Positions 17,202-26,554 of a stretch of DNA of 37,566 nt are shown here, one piece after another (the stretch's first letter is position 1; each line of letters begins with the position of its first letter). The notes below the pieces were generated by a model. It was given only the letters and a program-made list of their open reading frames with translations, was not told where the DNA came from and ran no database searches. Source of the stretch: Hydrurus foetidus (lineage: Eukaryota); NCBI GenBank assembly GCA_900617105.1, contig UYFQ01000082.1:1-37566 (forward strand). Direction: 5' to 3'. The position numbers were made by a program, and so were the translations under genes.

Positions 17202-18959
17202 TTAGAACGTTTCCCAGTCCTCGTCCCCGCCTGCAGGCTTGGCGCGGGTGCTGGTGTGCGCGGCGGGCTTGCGCGCTGCGGTTGCACCGACAGGGGCGCG
17301 GGCCGCCGGACCACTGTCCTGTCCACTGCGGCGCTCGGAGCCCTTGAAGGGTGTGGCCTTGGGTTGGCTGGAACGCACCGGCACCGCGGCCAGCACCTGG
17401 CCCGATTCGGCCACAGCGCCGACCTTGAAAACGGCCACCGCCTGCTTCATGCGGTCGGCCTGGTCACGCAGGCTCTCGGCCGCGGCGGCGCTCTCTTCCA
17501 CCAGCGCGGCGTTTTGTTGCGTCATCTGGTCCAGCGTGCCAATCGCCTGGTTCACGCCGGCAATGCCTGCGCTTTGTTCCTGGGCGGCGGCCGTAATTTC
17601 ACCAATCACATCGGCCACACGGCGCACGCTTTGCACAATCTCCTGCATAGTGGCGCCTGCGTCGGTCACCAGCTTGGTGCCGGATTCGACCTTGTCCACC
17701 GAGGTGCCAATCAGGGCCTTGATCTCTTTCGCGGCCTCGGCACTGCGACCTGCCAGGCTACGTACCTCAGACGCCACCACCGCAAAGCCACGGCCTTGCT
17801 CGCCGGCCCGCGCGGCCTCCACAGCAGCGTTCAACGCCAGGATGTTGGTCTGGAAGGCAATGCCATCAATCACGCTAATGATGTCGGCAATCTTCTTGCT
17901 GCTGGCGTCAATCTCCTGCATGGTGCTGACCACCTGGGTCACCACCTCGCCACCGCGCTGGGCCACGCTGGAGGCACTGGCGGCCAGTGCGCTGGCCTGG
18001 CGCGCGTTGTCCGAGCTTTGCTGCACGGTGGTGGTCAGGCCGTCCATACTGGACGCGGTGGCCTGCAAGTTGCTGGACGTCTGCTCAGTGCGCTGGGCCA
18101 AGTCGTTGTTGCCCATGGCGATTTCGGCACTGGCAATGGCGATGCTGTCGGTGCTGCTGCGCACCTGGGACACCATGCGCGCCAGCGATTCGTTCATGCT
18201 GCGCAGCGACACCAGTAAGGAGCCGAATTCGTCCTGCCGGTTGGTGTTGATCACCGAGCTGAGGTCGCCCTGCGCAATGCGTGCGGCCAGCTCATTGGCC
18301 TGCACCAACGGCTCGCGGATGGAGCGCACCAGCCAGGAGGTACCGGCAAAAATAGTGGCAATGATGACGGCCAGCCCGACCAAAATACCTACGCTATTGG
18401 CGGAGCGGCGGCGCTCGGTGTCGGCAGTCACCTCCGTGACACGGCGCTTCTGCATCTCCACCATCTCTTTTTGCGCGGCAATGTAATTGCCCATGGTGGG
18501 CAGGTACTGCGACTCCATGATCTGCAGCGCCTCGGGCTCGCTTCCCGCGGCCTTGAGCTCACGCGCCTTGTCGCGCAGCGCAATCACCGACTTGCGCAAC
18601 CCGCCAATCTTCTGCATCTGCGCCTTATCCGTGTCGGTCAGCGGCATAGCTTCGATTTTTTTCTGCAGCTCGCCGATTTGGGCACTGGTGGCGTTGACAG
18701 GTTCCTTGAACGCCTCGGCCACTGCAGGGCCCTGGCTCAATAAAATGGCTTGGTTGCGCGCCGCATTGGTCGTGGTCAGGCCATTCCACTCGGTCGTGAT
18801 TTGGACCAGTTCCACGGCATTGGCCTGCGTCGCACGCCCCTCCGCCAGAATGCCGGCGCTGCGGATCAGTCCCACCAACGCAACCGCGCAAATGGCGCCG
18901 ATCACTAACAAGATGAATGCCCACAGCTTGGTGGCAATTTTCATGCGATGGAGCCCCAT
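17202..18959 (-). CDS. Methyl-accepting chemotaxis protein
   Basis: 2 TM segments, periplasmic helical sensor, HAMP, QTNILALNAAVEAARAGEQGRGFAVVA, C-terminal pentapeptide DWETF. Confidence 0.95.
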   Translation of the reverse strand: MGLHRMKIATKLWAFILLVIGAICAVALVGLIRSAGILAEGRATQANAVELVQITTEWNGLTTTNAARNQAILLSQGPAVAEAFKEPVNATSAQIGELQKKIEAMPLTDTDKAQMQKIGGLRKSVIALRDKARELKAAGSEPEALQIMESQYLPTMGNYIAAQKEMVEMQKRRVTEVTADTERRRSANSVGILVGLAVIIATIFAGTSWLVRSIREPLVQANELAARIAQGDLSSVINTNRQDEFGSLLVSLRSMNESLARMVSQVRSSTDSIAIASAEIAMGNNDLAQRTEQTSSNLQATASSMDGLTTTVQQSSDNARQASALAASASSVAQRGGEVVTQVVSTMQEIDASSKKIADIISVIDGIAFQTNILALNAAVEAARAGEQGRGFAVVASEVRSLAGRSAEAAKEIKALIGTSVDKVESGTKLVTDAGATMQEIVQSVRRVADVIGEITAAAQEQSAGIAGVNQAIGTLDQMTQQNAALVEESAAAAESLRDQADRMKQAVAVFKVGAVAESGQVLAAVPVRSSQPKATPFKGSERRSGQDSGPAARAPVGATAARKPAAHTSTRAKPAGGDEDWETF

Positions 18960-19009
18960 AGGTCGTCCTCTTCTCTATTTTTCGTTACCAGCCCAACGAA
19001 TCGTCCTCC

Positions 19010-21856
19010 TTAATGGGCTTTGTCCCAATTAGGGCCAACCCCAACTTCGGCCAGCAAAGGCACCTTCAGTGCAGCCACACCAGCCATCAGGCGCGGAATT
19101 TCGGTTTTGAGCCAGTCCACTTCAGCCTCTGGCACCTCGAACACCAGTTCATCGTGCACCTGCATGATCATTTTGGTCCCTCTGTGCTCAGCGTCCAGCA
19201 CATGCTGCACCTGCACCATGCTGAGCTTGATCAAGTCTGCCGCTGTGCCCTGCATGGGCGCGTTGATGGCCGCACGCTCCAGACCCGCCAGCAGCGCCCC
19301 CTTGGCCGACTGGATGCCGGCCAGCTGCAGACGCCGACCGAACACGGTTTCCACATAGCCCTGTTCTTTGGCCAGCGCGCGGGTGGATTCCATGTAGATC
19401 TTCACGCCTGGGTAACGCTCAAAGTAGCGCGTGATGTAGTTTTTGGCCGCGGTGTTGTCGATACCCAGATTGCGCGCCAGACCAAACGCGCTCATGCCGT
19501 AGATGAGGCCGAAGTTGATGACCTTGGCATAACGGCGCTGCTCACTTGACACCTGGTCCACCGCCACGCCAAACACTTCGGCCGCGGTGGCACGGTGCAC
19601 GTCCAGCCCGTCGGTGAAGGCGCGCAACAGCGCCTCGTCACCACTGATGTGGGCCATGATGCGCAGCTCGATCTGGCTGTAATCGGCGCTGGCAATCACG
19701 CTGCCCGCAGGCGCCACAAAGGCCTCGCGCACGCGGCGTCCTTCGGCCGTGCGAATGGGAATGTTCTGCAGGTTGGGGTCGTTGCTGGAGAGGCGCCCGG
19801 TCACCGCCACGGCCTGCGCATAGTGCGTGTGCACGCGGCCTGTGCGCGGCAGCGCCAGCAGCGCCAGCTTGTCGGTATAGGTGCCCTTGAGCTTGGCCAG
19901 CCCCCGGTGCTCCAGCAGCTTGGCGGGCAGCGGGTAGTCTTCGGCCAGTTTTTCCAGCACTTCTTCGTCAGTACTGCGCGCACCCGTCGCGGTTTTCTTC
20001 ACCACGGGCATGCCCAGTTTGTCAAAGAAAATTTCGCCCAGTTGCTTGGGGCTGCTGAGGTTGAACGGCTGGCCCGCAATCTCGTAAGCCTCGGTCTCCA
20101 GCTGCAGGATGCGCTGGCCCAGCTCGTGGCTTTGCGCGGCCAGCGTGGGCGCGTCGATCAGCACGCCGTTGCGTTCGATACGGTACAGCGCCTCGCTGCT
20201 GGCGATTTCCAGTTCGTAGAAGGTGAGCAGCTTGTCGCTGGCCTGCAATTGCGGCCACAGCGCCAGGTGCACGTCCAGTGTCTGGTCCGAGTCTTCACAC
20301 GCGTATTCAGAGGCCTTGGCAATGTCCACCTGGTCAAAGCTGATCTGGTTGACGCCCTTGCCGCACAGGTCTTCAAACGTGATGCCGCTGCGGCCCAGGT
20401 GGCGCTCAGCCAGGCTGGACAGGCCATGGGGTTTGTGCACTTCCAGCACATAGCTTTGCAGCATGGTGTCGTGCGCGTAGCCTTGCACCTCGATGCCGTG
20501 GTTGGCAAACACATGGCGGTCGTACTTGATGTGCTGGCCCAGCTTTTTCGCCTGCGGGTTCTCCAGCCAGGGCTTGAGCTTGGCCAACACCTCCTCGCGG
20601 TTCAGCTGATCCGGCGCATCGGGATAGCGGTGCGCCACGGGAATGTAGGCGGCGTGGCCGACCTCCACGCTGAAACTGATGCCGACGATCTCGGCCCGCA
20701 TCTCGTCCAGCGAGGTGGTTTCGGTATCCAGCGCCACCAGGTCTGCCGCCTGCAGCTTGGCCAGCCAGGCGTCAAACGCTTCCCAGGTCAGCACGGTGTC
20801 GTAGTTGAGGTTGCTGACGCGGGGGGGGGGAGCTTCCGCAGGATCGGTGGGTTCGTCAAACAGGCCTGGTACTCCGTTCGCCAACCGTTCGCCCTTCTTT
20901 CCCGTTCGGGCTGAGCTTGTCGAAGCCTGCCCTTCGACAAGCTCAGCCCGAACGGATGAGGACGTGCCGCCGCCCAGAGACTTTGCCAGCCCCTTGAAGC
21001 CATATTTTTCATAAAAAGTGACCAGAGCCCCCGTATTCTCTGCGCCAACAGCTATCGAATCCATAGCAGGCAGATTGGGCAACCAGTCTTTCAAATCACA
21101 ATCGGTCTTGATGGTCAGCAGGCTGCGGCCCGTGGGCAGCCAGTCCAGCGTTTTGCGCAGGTTCTCGCCCACCACGCCGCCAATCTTGTCCGCGTTGGCC
21201 ACCACGGCCTCCAGCGAACCGTATTCCAGCAGCCACTTCACCGCCGTCTTCGGGCCCACCTTGGGCACGCCGGGCACGTTGTCCACGGTGTCTCCCACCA
21301 GGTTCTGGTAGTCCAGCATCAGGTGGGCGGGTATGCCAAATTCGGCCTGCACACCGGCCAGGTCGCGGCGCTTGCCATTCATGGTGTCGATGATGGTGAT
21401 GCGCTCGTTGACCAGCTGCGCCAGGTCTTTGTCGCCACTGCTCACAATCACGTCGATGTCTTGCTGCGCCGCCATCACGGCAAGTGTGCCAATCACGTCG
21501 TCGGCTTCCACACCAGGTACGTCCAGCACCGTCCAGCCCAGGTGGCGCACCACCTCATGGATGGGCGCAATCTGGCTGCGCAGGTCGTTCGGCATGGGGT
21601 CGCGGTGGGCCTTGTACTCGGGGTAGATGGCGTCGCGAAAGGTCGGGCCCTTGGCGTCAAACACACAGGCCACGTAGTCGGCCGGCACTTCCTTGCGCAG
21701 GCTGTTCATCATGTTGATCATGATGCGGATGGCGCCAGTCTTTTGTACCGTGCCATCGGGCAGCGTGATGCTCATGGTCTCGCCACCGGCAAAGAAGGCG
21801 CGGTACAGGTAGCTGGAACCATCGACCAGCAGCAGGGTTTTACGGATTTCGCTCAT
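19010..21856 (-). CDS. polA: DNA polymerase I
   Basis: LLLVDGSSYLYRAF, EADDVIG, DTETT, TGRLSS..PNLQNIP, DYSQIELR, QVHDEL; start placed at MSEIRK. Confidence 0.97.
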   Translation of the reverse strand: MSEIRKTLLLVDGSSYLYRAFFAGGETMSITLPDGTVQKTGAIRIMINMMNSLRKEVPADYVACVFDAKGPTFRDAIYPEYKAHRDPMPNDLRSQIAPIHEVVRHLGWTVLDVPGVEADDVIGTLAVMAAQQDIDVIVSSGDKDLAQLVNERITIIDTMNGKRRDLAGVQAEFGIPAHLMLDYQNLVGDTVDNVPGVPKVGPKTAVKWLLEYGSLEAVVANADKIGGVVGENLRKTLDWLPTGRSLLTIKTDCDLKDWLPNLPAMDSIAVGAENTGALVTFYEKYGFKGLAKSLGGGTSSSVRAELVEGQASTSSARTGKKGERLANGVPGLFDEPTDPAEAPPPRVSNLNYDTVLTWEAFDAWLAKLQAADLVALDTETTSLDEMRAEIVGISFSVEVGHAAYIPVAHRYPDAPDQLNREEVLAKLKPWLENPQAKKLGQHIKYDRHVFANHGIEVQGYAHDTMLQSYVLEVHKPHGLSSLAERHLGRSGITFEDLCGKGVNQISFDQVDIAKASEYACEDSDQTLDVHLALWPQLQASDKLLTFYELEIASSEALYRIERNGVLIDAPTLAAQSHELGQRILQLETEAYEIAGQPFNLSSPKQLGEIFFDKLGMPVVKKTATGARSTDEEVLEKLAEDYPLPAKLLEHRGLAKLKGTYTDKLALLALPRTGRVHTHYAQAVAVTGRLSSNDPNLQNIPIRTAEGRRVREAFVAPAGSVIASADYSQIELRIMAHISGDEALLRAFTDGLDVHRATAAEVFGVAVDQVSSEQRRYAKVINFGLIYGMSAFGLARNLGIDNTAAKNYITRYFERYPGVKIYMESTRALAKEQGYVETVFGRRLQLAGIQSAKGALLAGLERAAINAPMQGTAADLIKLSMVQVQHVLDAEHRGTKMIMQVHDELVFEVPEAEVDWLKTEIPRLMAGVAALKVPLLAEVGVGPNWDKAH
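20902..20955. repeat. Perfect REP-like palindrome (24-bp arms, 6-nt loop) inside polA
   Basis: CCGTTCGGGCTGAGCTTGTCGAAG-cctgcc-CTTCGACAAGCTCAGCCCGAACGG. Confidence 0.9.
21004..21068 (-). repeat. ~65-bp dispersed element, copy 5 (in frame within polA)
   Basis: 39/65 ungapped identity to copy 1 (hand count); encodes AMDSIAVGAENTGALVTFYEK. Confidence 0.75.
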
Positions 21857-21913
21857 GCTGGCATTGTGCCTTCCCCGCCATGGGGCCATGGCCCGCCACC
21901 CTACAATTGCTGC
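21857..21913. promoter_or_regulatory. Back-to-back promoters for polA and thrB
   Basis: CACAAT (minus, 21863-21868) and TACAAT (plus, 21902-21907), each 6 nt from an ATG; no SD on either side. Confidence 0.65.
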
Positions 21914-22909
21914 ATGGCGGTTTATACAAAGGTCTCGCTCGACGAGGCCAGCACTTTCCTCACATCCCTCAAGCTGGGCAACCTTCAAACCCTGGAAGGC
22001 TGCTCCGGAGGCATTGAAAACACCAACTACTTCGTCACCACCGACCAGGCGCCCTATGTGCTGACCCTGTTCGAGCGGCTGAGTGCGGAGCAGTTGCCGT
22101 TTTACCTGCGACTGATGAAGCACCTGGCCTTCCACGGCATTCCCGTGCCCGACCCCGCCGCCAACCGCGATGGAGATGTGCTGCACAGTCTGAATGGCAA
22201 GCCTGCCGCCGTGGTGAACCGCCTGAAGGGAAAGAGCGAACTAGCCCCGGGCGTGGAGCACTGCCGCCAGGTGGGCGCTACCCTGGCACGCATGCACCTG
22301 GCCGGGCGCGACTTCAGCATGCAGCAGCCCAACCTGCGCGCCCTGCCCTGGTGGAATGTGACCGTGCCCGTGGTGCTACCGCACCTGGAACCCGTCCAAG
22401 CTCATCTGTTGCAGGCCGAGCTGGCTTACCAAAACCACGTGGCCAGCCAGAGCGCCTACACCGCTCTGCCGCGTGGGGCCATCCACGCCGACCTCTTTCG
22501 CGACAACGTGATGTTTGACACCGTGGACGGCGTGCCCGCGCTGAGCGGCTTCTTTGACTTCTACTTTGCCGGCACCGATGCCTGGCTGTTTGACCTGGCC
22601 GTGTGCCTGAACGACTGGTGCATTGACCTGCCCACGGGTGTGGCCGATCTGGAGCGCTCAGCCGCGTTTGTGGATGCCTATGCCGGTGTGCGCCCGCTCA
22701 CACCACAGGAGCGCGAGTTGCTGCCCGCCATGCTGCGCGCAGGCGCCCTGCGCTTCTGGATCTCCCGCCTGTGGGACTGGCACCTGCCACGCGAGGCCTC
22801 TATGTTGAAACCCCACGACCCCACCCACTTTGAGCGCGTGTTGCGCCAACGCGTGGCCCACCCGCTCACCCTGCAACAGCTGCAAACCGCCGACGCCCTT
22901 ACCGCATGA
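21914..22909 (+). CDS. thrB: Homoserine kinase (Pseudomonas-type)
   Basis: MAVYT start, GIENTNYF, VLTLFE, IHADLFRDNV, DFYFA, RFWISRL. Confidence 0.93.
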   Translation: MAVYTKVSLDEASTFLTSLKLGNLQTLEGCSGGIENTNYFVTTDQAPYVLTLFERLSAEQLPFYLRLMKHLAFHGIPVPDPAANRDGDVLHSLNGKPAAVVNRLKGKSELAPGVEHCRQVGATLARMHLAGRDFSMQQPNLRALPWWNVTVPVVLPHLEPVQAHLLQAELAYQNHVASQSAYTALPRGAIHADLFRDNVMFDTVDGVPALSGFFDFYFAGTDAWLFDLAVCLNDWCIDLPTGVADLERSAAFVDAYAGVRPLTPQERELLPAMLRAGALRFWISRLWDWHLPREASMLKPHDPTHFERVLRQRVAHPLTLQQLQTADALTA

Positions 22910-23685
22910 AACTCCAACTCGTTCCAGCCGGCCGTGGGGTGCAATGGGTACGCCAGGGCGTACGCACTTTCTTCCGTCAACCATTGGCATTGACCGGCCT
23001 GTTTTTTCTTTTCATGGCGGCCATGTCGGTGCTCAGCCTGGTGCCGCTGCTGGGCAACGCCATTGCACTGGCACTGCTGCCCGGCGCAACGCTGGGCCTG
23101 ATGGCTGCCACCGAGGAAACCACCAAGGGCAAGTTTCCCATGCCCACGGTGCTGGTGAGCGCGTTTCGGGCTGGCCGCCAACAGCTGCGCGCCATGCTGG
23201 TGCTGGGCGTGCTGTATGCGTTGGGCTTTTTGGTGGTGATGGGCGCGTCCGCGTTGGTGGACGGAGGCAAATTTGCCAGCATGTACCTGCTGGGCGGTGA
23301 ACTCAGCGCTGACGTGCTGCAGCAAAGCGATTTTCAGACTGCGGCCCTGGTGGCCTTGGTGCTGTACCTGCCGCTGTCGCTGCTGTTCTGGCATGCACCG
23401 GCGCTGGTGCACTGGCATGGCATCTCACCGGTGAAGAGCCTGTTTTTCAGCATGGTGGCCTGTTTACGGAACTTCTGGGCTTTCACCCTGTTCGGACTGG
23501 TGTGGATGGCAGTGTTCCTCTCTATGGCCCTAACGGTCGGCATCGCGGCAGCCATTTTGGGCAGCCCGGAGCTGATCACGGCTATCCTCTTTCCTGCGGG
23601 CATGGCCATGGCGGCCATGTTTTTCACGTCGATTTATTTCACCTTCCAAGACTCGTTTGAAGTCACTCCAGGAGCATCCGAATGA
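22906..23685 (+). CDS. BPSS1780-family membrane protein
   Basis: VPAGRGVQW..G...F, FWHAPALVHW; ATGA-coupled to thrB. Confidence 0.8.
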   Translation: MKLQLVPAGRGVQWVRQGVRTFFRQPLALTGLFFLFMAAMSVLSLVPLLGNAIALALLPGATLGLMAATEETTKGKFPMPTVLVSAFRAGRQQLRAMLVLGVLYALGFLVVMGASALVDGGKFASMYLLGGELSADVLQQSDFQTAALVALVLYLPLSLLFWHAPALVHWHGISPVKSLFFSMVACLRNFWAFTLFGLVWMAVFLSMALTVGIAAAILGSPELITAILFPAGMAMAAMFFTSIYFTFQDSFEVTPGASE

Positions 23686-24440
23686 CGCAGCACACCCTTC
23701 AAGGCCGTAGCGAATCCGAGGTGTCGTGGTTCCAGCGTCGTAGCTTCTTGCAAGCCGCCGCGGGTTGGACCGCCATGGGTGGGTATGCCGCAGCGCAGGC
23801 CCAATCGCGCAGCAATATTGTGGAACTAGTGGGCGATGCCACACTGAACGGCGACCGCCTTCGCCCGCAGCAACCGATCCAGACCGGGGATGAAATCGTG
23901 ACCGGCCCGGGCTCCAGCCTGATCTTTGTGGTGGGCAGCTCGTCCTTCCATGTGCGGCAAAACTCACGCATCACCGTAGAGCGGGGTGCCACCCTCAACG
24001 CGGTGAGCGTGCTGCGCATGATCACAGGCGCGGTCATCAGCGTCTGGGGCAAGGGCACCAGCCGACAGATCATCACTCCGACGATGACCGCCGGCATCCG
24101 TGGCACCGGCGTGTACACCGAAATTTTTGCCAACCAAGACAACCGCAGCTACTTCTGCAACTGCTATGGCACGGTGGAAATGGCTGCGGGCAGCGACAAG
24201 ACTGTGAGCCGCTCCAGCTACCACCAGGCCTTCTGGGGTGAGGTGCAACCCAAGGAAGGCCGCATGCTGACGCCCGCCAAAGCCATCAACCACACCGACG
24301 AAGAGTTGGAGTACCTTGCCAAGCTGGTGAACCAGCAAACCGCCTGGCAGGTCCAGGGCAAAAAGGGCGTCAAGGATGGCAAGGGCTATATGGAAGAGAA
24401 GGAAGGCCAGATGCACCCGGCAGACATGCTGGGGCGCTAA
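23682..24440 (+). CDS. Tat-exported FecR-domain protein
   Basis: QRRSFLQ twin-arginine motif and AQA cleavage site; TGDEIVTG and TAGIRGT FecR-like motifs. Confidence 0.72.
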   Translation: MTQHTLQGRSESEVSWFQRRSFLQAAAGWTAMGGYAAAQAQSRSNIVELVGDATLNGDRLRPQQPIQTGDEIVTGPGSSLIFVVGSSSFHVRQNSRITVERGATLNAVSVLRMITGAVISVWGKGTSRQIITPTMTAGIRGTGVYTEIFANQDNRSYFCNCYGTVEMAAGSDKTVSRSSYHQAFWGEVQPKEGRMLTPAKAINHTDEELEYLAKLVNQQTAWQVQGKKGVKDGKGYMEEKEGQMHPADMLGR

Positions 24441-24451
24441 AAGCGCTTTCT

Positions 24452-24484
24452 CATAAAAAACCGGGCACTGCCCGGTTTTTTATG
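24452..24484. terminator. Bidirectional intrinsic terminator
   Basis: CATAAAAAACCGGGCA-C-TGCCCGGTTTTTTATG between convergent genes. Confidence 0.85.
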
Positions 24485-24499
24485 GGCGGCGGATGCCTC

Positions 24500-26449
24500 T
24501 CAACTCAGCTGGATTGCGGAAGGCGCGCCTGTCAAGTAGCCCACCGCTGCACCAAAGCGATTTTTGTAGTTGGCACGCACCAACGGGTCCAGCGTGGCTT
24601 GCACCTTGCCGTGCAACGCGGGCAGCCAGTCACCGGGGTGCTGGAAGTTGGTCGTGATGTAGGTCCAGCCGTTCAAGTCGTCCACCACACCCAGGCCCGT
24701 GGCTTCGGCGCCCGATGGCATGGACATCAGCCGGCTCAACTGTTTGGTGTCCACGTTGTAGGCCCACAAGAAGTTGTTCACATGGGTGCTGCTGTCCTCG
24801 CCAATGAAGAGCGTGCGCAGTTTCTCGGAGAACTTCAGATTGTCAGGGTTGGACACCATGTCGGGGTTCGCACGGTTGCCCAGTGCATCGGCCGCAATGT
24901 CTTCGCCGACCAGCAATGCGCGCGTGCGGGAAGGCACCCAGTCGCTCTTGATGGCAGCACCAGTCTGGTCATTCTGGCCAGCATTCAGCGTATGGGCAAG
25001 AATGCCGCCAGCAATCAGCGGCTTGTCCAGCGCAATACCGCTGGCAGCGTTCCAGCCCTTACCGGTTTTCACCATGGAGTCCTGGATGTTCTGCAGGGCC
25101 GAGTAGGCGATCTTGTCTTTGATGTTGACGGTGGTGCCTTCCATTTTGGTGAAACCCATGCTGCCACCCATCAGGTAGGCGTAGCGCTGGGTTTCCAGGA
25201 AGGCAGCCGCCTTCTCCATGCCGGGCAGAACCTTGACCCAGTTCGCCGCACCGTTGTAAAAGATTTTGGTGAAGCTGGCGTCATTCGGGTCGGTCTTGCG
25301 CACGTCCATGATGTCCGTGGGTTTGAGTTTGTTGGCCAGCTTTTCAATCTCGTCGCTGGTGGCGTGGCCCAGCTTGACCCAGCTCAGGCTGGCACCCGTA
25401 TCTGCGGGATTGATGGAGAAATCTGTGCCCAGCTTGGCCACGTACAAGGTGCCGGCAGACAGTTGCTTTTCCTTGTCGGCCACAAACATGAACAGGCCAC
25501 TGTTGGTCGCGTCGTTGCCCATCAGGGCGGTGCGGTTATCTGGCATGACCTGGATCAGCTCGTGCGAGAGGCGGCCCATGCAGTAGTGCTTGACCAGGGT
25601 GCCCGAACCGTCCGGGTTCACGGTCACTTCGGGCTGGTGGCCATAGTGGTACGGGTTGGCAATGCTCTCGTCACCAAACAGATTCTTGCTGAAAGATTTG
25701 AAAACCTTGTTTTCGGACACGAAGAAGGCGTCGGGCTCGTACTCTTCGCTGGACAAATGCGTGCCCCAGGGCGACAGACTGGAGCCGCAGGTAATCCACA
25801 AGCCCTGCGCCTGTGAGGTGTCCACGTTGTGGTACTTCACCAGCGTGAGCTTGCCGGTGGCGGGGTCCTGGTCCAGCGTCAGCACGGCGATGGGCGATGG
25901 CAGCGTGCCGTAGGCATCGGCACCGCTCTGGTCGGCATTGGTGTACTCAAACTGGACCACGGCGAACACGGCCTTGCCTTTGATGCCCTTGACGGTCGTG
26001 GTGGGCAGTTGCAGCAACGAGGTGCCGTCCGGACAGTCCGAGAAAAACTGGCGCTCTTTGCCAGGAACCGATCTGTCGACGATGGGCTTGTTCAGGATGT
26101 CCACATAGCCACCGGCCAACATGGAGCCGCCATTGCCATCGGGCACGCGGTCGCCAGTGATGAAGAAGGGCTCATAGGCCAGCTTGTAGGCGCGGGTCGT
26201 GCCGTCTTGCAGGGTCACTTGCAGGCTGGAGGCTACGGTGGTGGTGGCCATGGCAGCCGGGTTGGCTAGTGATGGCGCCGCCATGCCCGCAAATGCGGCG
26301 GAGGCAAAAGGCGCGTGGGACATGCCGGCACCGGTGGTAGCGCAACCGCCCAACAAGGAGCCAGAGGCCAACGCGCCCAAAGGCAGCATGGGCGCCGTAG
26401 CCAAGAATTTGAGCGCCGCGCGGCGGCTGGTCAGCGAGGATTGCGACAT
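24500..26449 (-). CDS. phoX: PhoX-family (DUF839) alkaline phosphatase, Tat lipoprotein
   Basis: SRRAALK plus LLGGC; C..S.SPWGT.LS.EE, GRLSHE, KMEG, NPDNL, GED, GAEATG, NFQHPG. Confidence 0.88.
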   Translation of the reverse strand: MSQSSLTSRRAALKFLATAPMLPLGALASGSLLGGCATTGAGMSHAPFASAAFAGMAAPSLANPAAMATTTVASSLQVTLQDGTTRAYKLAYEPFFITGDRVPDGNGGSMLAGGYVDILNKPIVDRSVPGKERQFFSDCPDGTSLLQLPTTTVKGIKGKAVFAVVQFEYTNADQSGADAYGTLPSPIAVLTLDQDPATGKLTLVKYHNVDTSQAQGLWITCGSSLSPWGTHLSSEEYEPDAFFVSENKVFKSFSKNLFGDESIANPYHYGHQPEVTVNPDGSGTLVKHYCMGRLSHELIQVMPDNRTALMGNDATNSGLFMFVADKEKQLSAGTLYVAKLGTDFSINPADTGASLSWVKLGHATSDEIEKLANKLKPTDIMDVRKTDPNDASFTKIFYNGAANWVKVLPGMEKAAAFLETQRYAYLMGGSMGFTKMEGTTVNIKDKIAYSALQNIQDSMVKTGKGWNAASGIALDKPLIAGGILAHTLNAGQNDQTGAAIKSDWVPSRTRALLVGEDIAADALGNRANPDMVSNPDNLKFSEKLRTLFIGEDSSTHVNNFLWAYNVDTKQLSRLMSMPSGAEATGLGVVDDLNGWTYITTNFQHPGDWLPALHGKVQATLDPLVRANYKNRFGAAVGYLTGAPSAIQLS

Positions 26450-26485
26450 GGATGGTTTCCGTTCGAGGTTGGACAAACAGAACGC

Positions 26486-26530
26486 ATCCTAAAAACGAAA
26501 TATGACAGTTTGGCGAATAAACCGTGACAG
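26486..26530 (-). promoter_or_regulatory. Pho box (PhoB site) and -10 of phoX
   Basis: CTGTCAC (26524-26530) and CTGTCAT (26502-26508) are 22 nt apart (2x11); TAGGAT lies exactly 10 nt downstream of the last heptamer. Confidence 0.8.
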
Positions 26531-26554
26531 ATCTACCCCCCCCTTCTCAAGGTA

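Noticed and set aside
20821..20830. G10 homopolymer in polA as a phase-variation tract
   Set aside because: In frame, encodes PPP in a linker of a housekeeping gene; no evidence of switching.
21323..22186. Apparent overlapping N-terminal extensions of polA (to 22186) and thrB (from 21323)
   Set aside because: Artefacts of longest-ORF calling; family N-termini and -10 boxes place the starts at 21856 and 21914.
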